DNA of 33,293 nucleotides from Gemmatimonadales bacterium (GTDB lineage Bacteria; Gemmatimonadota; Gemmatimonadetes; Gemmatimonadales; GWC2-71-9): the NCBI GenBank assembly GCA_035707845.1, contig DASSTP010000028.1, positions 1 to 33,293 of the forward strand. The letters run 5' to 3'. The first letter of the stretch is position 1; each line of letters opens with the position of its first letter. The notes beneath the pieces were generated by a model that had not been told where the DNA came from, did no database searches, and saw nothing but the letters and a program-made list of their open reading frames with translations. Below, in pieces: positions 26,375 through 33,293 of the stretch. The position numbers were made by a program, and so were the translations under genes.

Positions 26375-27240
26375 GCGCCCGGCTCCCGCCCGGAGAGGTC
26401 GCCCCAATGCAGCTTGTCGCGCATCCGGGTGAGCCAGGACGCCTCACCCAGCCGCACCAGCTTGACACGGTGGTCGGCCCGACGGACTTCCACCCGGCCG
26501 CCCTCGCCCACCGGCGATCCAGTCTGCCCATCGAACGAGACCAGCACGTTATCTGCCCACTCTGCCATGGGCTCGATCTCGATGACGGACGTGGCGCGAA
26601 CGAGCAGCGGCCGTACCGCGAGGGTATGTGCGCAGATGGGCGTGAGCAGCATGGCTTCGACACCGGGCACCACCACGGGACCGCCAGCGCTCAGCGAATA
26701 TGCGGTGGAACCGGTGGGCGTCGAGACGATCAGGCCGTCGGCGCTGTAAGGACCGACGTTGATGCCGTCGATTCGCACGTGCATCCGGACGACGCGCGCC
26801 ACGCCGCTCTTGTGCAGGACCACGTCATTCAGCGCCTGCCGCACATCCACGACGGTGCCGTCGGCGCGGGTAATCTGCGCCGTCAGCGCCTGCAGCGCGT
26901 CAACAGCGTAGCGTCCTTCCTTCAGCGCATCGAGCGCGGCACAGAGCGACTCGCGCCGGGCCGCGGTGAGGAATCCCACGCGGCCGAGGTTCACGCCAAG
27001 GATGGGCGCGTCGGCACCCTCGAGCAGGCGTGCGCCCCGCAGCAGGGTCCCGTCGCCGCCAAAGGTGAGCAGCGCGTCAAGCGCGCCGGCCTCGAAATGC
27101 GGCACCGGCGATGGCCAGAAGGGATCGAGCCGAGGCTCAGTTGAAAGTGAAAGCCCCCGGGCGGGGGCTTCCCGTGCCAGCTCGCCGAGCACGGCCGCGA
27201 GATCCTCGTAGCGAGGATTGCCGACGACGCCGACGTTCAT
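26371..27240 (-). CDS. nadK: NAD+ kinase
   Basis: 289-aa ORF with GGDGTLL and the (L)IVSTPTGSTAYSLSAGGP motif. The nadK-recN adjacency is widely conserved. Confidence 0.92.
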   Translation of the reverse strand: MNVGVVGNPRYEDLAAVLGELAREAPARGLSLSTEPRLDPFWPSPVPHFEAGALDALLTFGGDGTLLRGARLLEGADAPILGVNLGRVGFLTAARRESLCAALDALKEGRYAVDALQALTAQITRADGTVVDVRQALNDVVLHKSGVARVVRMHVRIDGINVGPYSADGLIVSTPTGSTAYSLSAGGPVVVPGVEAMLLTPICAHTLAVRPLLVRATSVIEIEPMAEWADNVLVSFDGQTGSPVGEGGRVEVRRADHRVKLVRLGEASWLTRMRDKLHWGDLSGREPGA

Positions 27241-29132
27241 CGCGGCTCCAGCGACTCCTCATGCGCCAGCGCGGAGACCCGGCGTGCGATGCCATCAGCG
27301 GTGAGGCCGAACATGGCGAGCTGGTCGGCACGCGGCGCCTGCTCCATCAATTTGTCGGGCACGCCCAGGGCCACCACCCGCATGTCAGGTGTGGTGGTCT
27401 GCAGCCGCTCCGCCAGGTGGGCGCCAAAACCGTTCACGATGGTGCCTTCCTCGATGGTGACGAGAATCCGGTGCGTGCGCGTGAGTGACGCGAGCATCGC
27501 CTCGTCCAACGGCTTGAGGAAGCGGCAGTTCACCACCGAGCACTCGATGCCGTCGGCCGCGAGCTGCTCCGCGGCGGCCACCGCAGGCTGGACCATGGTG
27601 CCGACCGCAAGGAGCGCAATCTCGCCGCCTTCGCGGAGTGATTCCCAGGTGCCGTACGGCACAGCGGGAACGCTGGACACCGGGCTGGGATCGGCGGGTG
27701 CCTTGTCGCGGGGATAGCGCGTGGAGAAGGGGCCGTTGTGCGCCAGGGCCGTGCGCAGCAAGCCCACCAGCTCGTCGGCGTCCTTGGGCGCGGTCACCGT
27801 CATCTCCGGCACCGCCAGCATGTAGGCGATGTCGTACAGCCCCATGTGAGTCTGGCCATCCTCGCCCACGAGCCCCGCGCGATCCATGCAGAAGATCACC
27901 GGCAGTTTCTGGATGGCCACATCGTGGATCATGTTGTCGTAGGCCCGCTGCAGGAACGTGCTGTAGATGGCGCAGACGGGGCGGATACCCTGCGTGGCGA
28001 GGCCGGCGGCAAAGGTGACCGCGTGGCCTTCGGCAATGCCCACGTCGAAGAAGCGCTCGGGATGGGCCTTCTGGAAGATGCCGGTGCCGCTGCCCGACGG
28101 CATGGCGGCAGTGATGGCCACCAGCTCGGGGTGTTCGGTCCCGAGCGCGGTGAGCGCATCACCGAATGCCTGGGTCCACGCCGGTGGGCCGCTTGCCTTC
28201 TTGCGGGCTTCGCCCGTCTCCGGATCATAGGCCGCGAGGCCGTGCCACTTCTCCTGATTGGCTTCGGCGTAGGAAAAGCCCTTGCCCTTCTGCGTCACGA
28301 CATGAACGAGCCGGGGCCCCTTCATCTTGCGCACGAACGCGAGCGCCTCGCACAGCTTGGCCGTGTCGTGCCCATCCACCGGCCCGAAGTAGCGGAAGCC
28401 AAGCTCCTCGAACAGCATGCCGGGTGACCAGAGGTTCTTGACGCTTTCCTCGAGGTTCTTCGCGAAATCAACGACCCGCTCGCCGAACACGCCGCCAAGC
28501 TTGAACGTCACGTTCTTGACGGCCTCGCGCATGGCGTTGGTGCGCGGGTTGGCCACGATGCGGCCCAGCATGGTGCTCACGGCGCCGACGTTGGGCGAGA
28601 TGGACATCCCGTTGTCGTTGAGGATGACGATGAGGTCGCGATCGGAGTGCCCCGCGTTATTGAGGCCCTCGTAGGAGAGCCCGCAGGTCAGCGCGCCATC
28701 GCCCAGGACCGCCACCACCTTGTTGCTGCCACCCTGGAGATCGCGGGCCGTGGCCATGCCCAGCGCAGCGCTCACCGCAGTGCCGGCGTGCCCCGCCCCG
28801 AAAGCGTCATGCTCGCTCTCGGTGCGCTTGAGGAACCCCGAGATGCCACCCTTCTGCCGCAGCGTGGGGAAGGCATCGTTGCGGCCGGTGAGCAGCTTCC
28901 AGGCGTAGGCCTGGTGGCCCACGTCCCAGACGACCTTGTCGTCAGGAAGCTGGAAGTCGTGCAGCAGCGCCACCACCAGCTCCACGACACCGAGACTGGC
29001 ACCGATATGGCCCCCGGTGAGGGAGCAGCAGTCAATCAGCCGCCGGCGGATTTCTTCCGACAGGGCCGGCAGCTGGGCGGGCGCGAGGGCGCGGACATCA
29101 GCCGGTCCGGTGATGGTATCGAGCAGGCTCAT
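27237..29132 (-). CDS. dxs: 1-deoxy-D-xylulose-5-phosphate synthase
   Basis: 631-aa ORF with GGHIGASLGVVEL, the ThDP motif LGDGALTCGLSYEGLNNAG, and DRAGLVGEDGQTHMG. Confidence 0.96.
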   Translation of the reverse strand: MSLLDTITGPADVRALAPAQLPALSEEIRRRLIDCCSLTGGHIGASLGVVELVVALLHDFQLPDDKVVWDVGHQAYAWKLLTGRNDAFPTLRQKGGISGFLKRTESEHDAFGAGHAGTAVSAALGMATARDLQGGSNKVVAVLGDGALTCGLSYEGLNNAGHSDRDLIVILNDNGMSISPNVGAVSTMLGRIVANPRTNAMREAVKNVTFKLGGVFGERVVDFAKNLEESVKNLWSPGMLFEELGFRYFGPVDGHDTAKLCEALAFVRKMKGPRLVHVVTQKGKGFSYAEANQEKWHGLAAYDPETGEARKKASGPPAWTQAFGDALTALGTEHPELVAITAAMPSGSGTGIFQKAHPERFFDVGIAEGHAVTFAAGLATQGIRPVCAIYSTFLQRAYDNMIHDVAIQKLPVIFCMDRAGLVGEDGQTHMGLYDIAYMLAVPEMTVTAPKDADELVGLLRTALAHNGPFSTRYPRDKAPADPSPVSSVPAVPYGTWESLREGGEIALLAVGTMVQPAVAAAEQLAADGIECSVVNCRFLKPLDEAMLASLTRTHRILVTIEEGTIVNGFGAHLAERLQTTTPDMRVVALGVPDKLMEQAPRADQLAMFGLTADGIARRVSALAHEESLEPR

Positions 29133-29151
29133 GCAAGTGATCCTTCGAGAA

Positions 29152-30066
29152 TCAGGACGGTCTCTCTACAATATAGCGGGCGAGGGCGCTCAAGGCCGGG
29201 GCGTCGCACCGCGCGCCCGCGAGGCCGGTGATGGCGCGCTCGGCAAGGCGGCGGGCCTCGCTGCGAGCTCCATCCACGCCCAGCACGCTGACATAGGTGG
29301 ACTTCTGCAGCAGCCGGTCCAGCCCGGCGGTCTTGCCCAGCACCTCGCTCGATGCCGTCGAGTCGAGCACGTCATCCGCCACCTGGAACGCCAGGCCGAT
29401 ATCGGCACCAAACGCGGCGATGCGCTCCACCATCGCGTCCGGAGCGCCGGCGGCAAGCGCGCCCAGTTCGCAGGAGGCCTGGATCAGGGCGCCGGTCTTG
29501 CCGCGGTGCACCGCGACCAGAGCGTCGAGCCCCAGCGCCTGCTGTTCCGCCTCGAGGTCGAGCCACTGCCCGCCCACCATGCCCTCGACGCCACTGGCAA
29601 CGAACAGTACCTGCGCCATGCGGCCAAGCCGGCCGGCGTCGAGCTCGAGCAATTCGGCGGCGTGCGCCAGCACCTCGGCGGCGACGGGAACCATCAGGAA
29701 GCCGGCCCGCGTGGCCACGTCCACGCTGAAGGCGCGATGAGTGGTGGGGCGGCCCCGGCGGAGGTCGTCGTTGTCCATGCAGGGGAGATCGTCGTGTACC
29801 AGCGAATAGGCGTGCACGATCTCGACCGCCGCGGCTACCTCATCAATCCCGTCTGACGTGCCACTACAGGCCAGGTAGGACGCACGCACCAGCGCGGCCC
29901 GCACCCGCTTGCCGGGACTGGCGATCGCATACGCCATGGCGTCGCCCTCAGCGCCCTGGCGCCGGGCCCGGAGTCGCGCCGCCCAGATGGCCAGGCGCGC
30001 ATCCATCCGGCGCCGGACGTCTTCGAGCAGGTCCCCGGCGGTGTCCCGCTCAGGCGTTGAAATCAC
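29152..30066 (-). CDS. ispA: (2E,6E)-farnesyl/geranylgeranyl diphosphate synthase (polyprenyl synthetase)
   Basis: 304-aa ORF with the first DDxxD motif in LVHDDLPCMDNDDLRRG and the second in FQVADDVLD. It sits in the conserved xseB-ispA-dxs arrangement. Confidence 0.9.
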   Translation of the reverse strand: MISTPERDTAGDLLEDVRRRMDARLAIWAARLRARRQGAEGDAMAYAIASPGKRVRAALVRASYLACSGTSDGIDEVAAAVEIVHAYSLVHDDLPCMDNDDLRRGRPTTHRAFSVDVATRAGFLMVPVAAEVLAHAAELLELDAGRLGRMAQVLFVASGVEGMVGGQWLDLEAEQQALGLDALVAVHRGKTGALIQASCELGALAAGAPDAMVERIAAFGADIGLAFQVADDVLDSTASSEVLGKTAGLDRLLQKSTYVSVLGVDGARSEARRLAERAITGLAGARCDAPALSALARYIVERPS

Positions 30067-30289
30067 TGATGCTCAATTCTCCATCGGCCTGCTCGAGCAC
30101 CTGCTGCACGCGCGCCTCGGCCGCTGTAAGCCGCTCGCGCGCGGCGCGAAGGTGCTTGACACCCTCCTCGAAGAGCGCGAGGGCCTCGTCGAGTTCCACG
30201 TCATCCTGTTCCAAGCGGCGCACCAGCGCCTCGAGCCTGGCGAGGTCGTCCGCCAGTGTGGGCTCGGCCACCACCTTGCGCTTGCTCAC
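30050..30289 (-). CDS. xseB: Exodeoxyribonuclease VII small subunit
   Basis: The track ORF (160 aa) is over-extended. GTG 30289 has GGAGGAA upstream, forms GTGA with the xseA stop, and gives a 79-aa protein (M)SKRKVVAEPTLADDLARLEALVRRLEQDDVELDEALALFEEGVKHLRAA..., the typical XseB helical hairpin. Confidence 0.88.
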   Translation of the reverse strand: MSKRKVVAEPTLADDLARLEALVRRLEQDDVELDEALALFEEGVKHLRAARERLTAAEARVQQVLEQADGELSISDFNA

Positions 30290-31449
30290 GGTTCCTCCTG
30301 CTCCACTCGTGCGGAGACCTGGCCATTGGCGAGACGGAGCCGGAAGGCGAGCCCCGCACGGAAATCTTCCACGGCACGCAACACCCGGCCATCGCCGTCC
30401 TGTGCGACCGCATATCCACGTTCCAGCACCCGGAGCGGTGACAGTGCGTCCAGTTGTGCGGCGAGCCGCTCGAGCTGGTGGTGGCGCCGCTCCAGCAGCT
30501 GCTCGAGAGCCATGCGCGAACGGTCGCTGCAACGCGCCAGCCGCTCCTCGGCCAGGCTGGTGCGGCGCCGCAGGCCATGCGAGAGTCGCACGGCCAGATC
30601 GCGCAGCCCGCGCAACACCTCGCGACAGTCCGGCACCGCGGCCTCGGCGGCCGCCGACGGGGTGGCGGCGCGGTAATCGGCCACGAGGTCCGAGAGCGAT
30701 ACGTCGGTCTCATGCCCGACGGCCGAGATGGTGGGCACCCGGACATCGGCCAGGGCACGGCACACCTGTTCGGCGTTGAAGCCGGCGAGGTCGTCACGCG
30801 CGCCACCACCACGGCCAATGATGCAGAGGTCCACATTGGGCAGGCGGTTCACCAGCTGGAGCGCGCGAGTGAGGGTAGCCGGTGCGCCGTCGCCCTGCAC
30901 CCTGGCACCAACCACCAGCAGGCGGGCGCAGGGCCAGCGCCGCCGGGTGACGGTGATGATGTCGCGAAGCGCGGCGCCATCCGTGCTGGTGACCACGGCG
31001 ATGGTTTCAGGGTAGCGCGGCAGGGCCCGCTTCCGCTCCGGCGCCAGCAGGCCGTCGGCCTTGAGCAGCGCGCGCACGCGCTCGAGTTCGCGGTGCGCTG
31101 CGCCGAGGTCGGCGGTGGGCAGCATGGCCGTCACCGTAAAGCGGAACTCGCCCTTCTCCTCCCAGTACGACGCGCGCCCCAGCACAAAGACTTCCATCCC
31201 CGCTTCCGGCCGCAGCGTGAGCCGCCGGGCATCGTGCTTCCACATCACGCAGCGCATCTGGCTCCGCGCATCGCGCAGCGTGAAGTAGTGGTGTCCGCTG
31301 GAATACGCCTTGTATTCAGAGATCTCCGCCCGCACCCAGAGGCTGCGCGCCGTGCGCTGGATGACCCGTCCCACCTCGGCGGTGATGTCCGAGACGGTGA
31401 AGACGTCATCCACCGGAGTGGCGGGTTCGAAGGTGAGTGGGAGGGTCAT
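30286..31449 (-). CDS. xseA: Exodeoxyribonuclease VII large subunit
   Basis: 387-aa ORF with an N-terminal OB fold (VWVRAEISEYKAYSSGHHYFTLRD), the core IAVVTSTDGAALRDI...IIGRGGGARDDL, and the position directly upstream of xseB. Confidence 0.92.
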   Translation of the reverse strand: MTLPLTFEPATPVDDVFTVSDITAEVGRVIQRTARSLWVRAEISEYKAYSSGHHYFTLRDARSQMRCVMWKHDARRLTLRPEAGMEVFVLGRASYWEEKGEFRFTVTAMLPTADLGAAHRELERVRALLKADGLLAPERKRALPRYPETIAVVTSTDGAALRDIITVTRRRWPCARLLVVGARVQGDGAPATLTRALQLVNRLPNVDLCIIGRGGGARDDLAGFNAEQVCRALADVRVPTISAVGHETDVSLSDLVADYRAATPSAAAEAAVPDCREVLRGLRDLAVRLSHGLRRRTSLAEERLARCSDRSRMALEQLLERRHHQLERLAAQLDALSPLRVLERGYAVAQDGDGRVLRAVEDFRAGLAFRLRLANGQVSARVEQEEP

Positions 31450-31463
31450 GGGAACTCGGAAGT

Positions 31464-31558
31464 AGCTGTGAGCTGCGAGCTGCGAGCTGAGAGCTGCGAG
31501 CTGAGAGCTGAGAGCTTTGAATCACTACTCTTGGCCCTTAGCTCTAAGCTCTCAGCTC
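31464..31558. repeat. Eight AGCTGNG heptamers (31464-31519), a 23-nt spacer, then three inverted NNAGCTC heptamers (31538-31558)
   Basis: Direct reading. The left arm GAGCTGAGAGCTGAGAGCT (31498-31516) pairs with AGCTCTAAGCTCTCAGCTC (31540-31558) at 18 of 19 positions. The right arm contains the folD stop codon (31552-31554). Confidence 0.9.
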
Positions 31559-32433
31559 CACTGCTCGGCCGCCTGCACCGTATTCTTCATGAGCATGGCA
31601 ATCGTCATGCGGCCGACGCCGCCGGGCACCGGCGTGATGGCGGAGGCTTTCCTGGCCACGGCGTCGAACGCCACGTCGCCCACCAGCCGGTAGCCGCGCG
31701 CGTTCGAGTCGTCTGGAATCCGGTTGATCCCCACATCCATGACCACCACGCCGTCGCGCACCATGTCGGCGGTGAGGAATTCCGGCTTGCCGATGGCCAC
31801 GATGACGATATTGGCGGTGCGGGTCACGGCGCCGAGGTCGCGGGTGCGCGAATGGCACACGGTGACGGTGGCGTTGCCGCCGGGCCCATTGGCCAGCAGC
31901 AGGGACGCCATCGGGCGGCCCACGATGTTCGACCGGCCGACCACCACGGCGTGGGCACCGCTGGTCTCGATCCCTTCGCGGATCAGCATCTGCTGCACCC
32001 CGTATGGAGTGCAGGGACGGAAGGCAGTCTGGTCGCCGATGGCCACCTTGCCCACGTTTACCGGATGAAATCCGTCCACGTCTTTCGCCGGATCGATACG
32101 CAGCAGCACTTCGTTCTCATCCAGGTGCTTCGGCAGCGGGAGCTGCACCAGGATCCCGTGAATGGCAGGATCCTGGTTGAGCCGCTCCACCGTCTCGAGC
32201 AGCCGAGCCTGCGACGTTTCCGCCGGCAGGCGGATCGTCTCCGAGTGCATGCCGGCGTCGGTGCAGGCCTTGCCCTTGGAGCGGACGTAGACCTGGCTCG
32301 CCGGGTCATCGCCCACGATGACCACGGCGAGGCCCGGCTGGCGGCCGGCTGCCACCAGGCGCGTCACGTCCTGCGCAACTTCGTCAAGTATGGTGCGGGC
32401 CAGCGCCGCTCCGTCGATGATACGGGCGCTCAC
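31552..32433 (-). CDS. folD: Bifunctional 5,10-methylenetetrahydrofolate dehydrogenase / methenyl-THF cyclohydrolase
   Basis: 293-aa ORF with [41 protein letters not shown] and [10 protein letters not shown](IAML). Its GTG start forms GTGA with the rny stop. Confidence 0.95.
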   Translation of the reverse strand: MSARIIDGAALARTILDEVAQDVTRLVAAGRQPGLAVVIVGDDPASQVYVRSKGKACTDAGMHSETIRLPAETSQARLLETVERLNQDPAIHGILVQLPLPKHLDENEVLLRIDPAKDVDGFHPVNVGKVAIGDQTAFRPCTPYGVQQMLIREGIETSGAHAVVVGRSNIVGRPMASLLLANGPGGNATVTVCHSRTRDLGAVTRTANIVIVAIGKPEFLTADMVRDGVVVMDVGINRIPDDSNARGYRLVGDVAFDAVARKASAITPVPGGVGRMTIAMLMKNTVQAAEQWS

Positions 32434-33293
32434 TTGGCCACGCCGACGGCGCGGGTCTCGCGGATGACGACCACGCGGATCTGCCCTGGATACTGCAACT
32501 CGCTCTCGATCCGGCGCGCGATGGCTTCCGAAAGTTGCGCCGCCGCGGCGTCGTCCACCCGCTCCGGCGTCACGATGACCCGCACCTCGCGCCCGGCCTG
32601 GATGACGTTGGTCTTCTCCACGCCCTGGAAATCCTTGGCTATCTCCTCGAGGCGCGTCAGCCGCTTGACATAGGTCTCGAACGCCTCCCGGCGGGCACCG
32701 GGCCGGGCCCCGCTGATGGCATCGGCGGCCTGCACCAGTACCGACTCGGCCGAGTCGTGCGGCACGTCATCGTGGTGGGCCTCGATGCAGTTGATCACGG
32801 CTTCGGACTCGCCGTAGCGTCGCGCCATCTCCACGCCCAGCTGCACGTGGGTGCCCTCGTTCTCGTGCGTGAGCACCTTGCCGACGTCGTGCAGCAGCCC
32901 GCCCCGCTTGGCCAGGTTGACGTCGAGCTTGAGCTCGGCCGCCATCATTCCGGCGAGCCACGCCACTTCCTTGGAATGGTCGAGGATGTTCTGGCCGTAC
33001 GAGGTCCGATAGCGCATCCGGCCGATCAGCTTGATGAGCTCCGGATGCAGGCCGTTGATGCCGGTCTCGAAGGCCGCCTGCTCGCCCAGCTCGACCAGCT
33101 GGCCTTCCAGTTCCTTGCGACACTTGTCCACCAGCTCCTCGATGCGCCCGGGATGAATGCGGCCATCCTGGATAAGCTGCTCGAGGGAGCGGCGCGCCAC
33201 TTCCCGGCGCACCGGGTCAAAGCAGGAGATGACGACGGTATCCGGCGTGTCGTCGATGATCACGTCCACGCCGGTGGCGGTCTCGAAGGCGCG
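32430..33293 (-). CDS. rny: Ribonuclease Y, C-terminal part (end of KH domain plus HD domain); the gene continues past the right edge
   Basis: The frame stays open to the window end ([34 protein letters not shown]...), so the track's M at 33269 is an internal GTG. The HD-domain motifs are [23 protein letters not shown] and IEAHH. Confidence 0.9.
   Translation of the reverse strand, partial: RAFETATGVDVIIDDTPDTVVISCFDPVRREVARRSLEQLIQDGRIHPGRIEELVDKCRKELEGQLVELGEQAAFETGINGLHPELIKLIGRMRYRTSYGQNILDHSKEVAWLAGMMAAELKLDVNLAKRGGLLHDVGKVLTHENEGTHVQLGVEMARRYGESEAVINCIEAHHDDVPHDSAESVLVQAADAISGARPGARREAFETYVKRLTRLEEIAKDFQGVEKTNVIQAGREVRVIVTPERVDDAAAAQLSEAIARRIESELQYPGQIRVVVIRETRAVGVAK

Noticed and set aside
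30454-32673. 739-aa ORF on the plus strand
   Set aside because: It is antisense to xseA, folD and rny, which all carry strong family motifs. It reads straight through the heptamer array (translated as ELRAESCELRAES...) and has low-complexity R/H/G/A-rich content.

Overview
This is a high-GC chromosomal segment (roughly two-thirds G+C by eye, not computed) from a diderm bacterium. RNase Y, a CarboxypepD_reg-type TonB-dependent receptor and many 4-nt start/stop overlaps fit a Gemmatimonadota/Acidobacteriota-like lineage, but that is inference only. The window has three blocks. (i) 1-13.3 kb is a carbohydrate-utilisation locus headed by a LacI repressor. On the minus strand it runs LacI > TonB receptor > GH144-like lipoprotein > ABC binding protein > two permeases > a 1032-aa secreted discoidin/six-hairpin protein, mostly translationally coupled. 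A GH1 beta-glucosidase and a MalK-type ATPase sit head-to-head at the left edge. (ii) 13.5-23.1 kb holds cmk-aroA, a small response-regulator / membrane-protein / type IV pilin-like operon, glgX, and a GH15 hydrolase followed by a fused trehalose-6-P synthase/phosphatase. (iii) 23.1-33.3 kb holds a small ORF, tRNA-Leu(UAA) and a long co-directional housekeeping string: galK-recN-nadK-dxs-ispA-xseB-xseA-folD-rny (partial). I see no transposase, integrase, CRISPR array, toxin-antitoxin pair or recognisable defence gene, so I cannot honestly point to a new multi-gene system. The most unusual signals are non-coding. Most transcription-unit boundaries carry a locus-specific tandem array of 7-8-nt units. 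Some arrays are textbook G-quadruplex motifs, and some fold into 18-19-bp hairpins that include the stop codons of flanking genes. The second point of interest is the sugar locus: its GH144-like enzyme hints at beta-1,2-glucan as substrate, and I cannot assign its 1032-aa enzyme to a family. Many long ORFs in the supplied track are antisense artefacts of high GC content.
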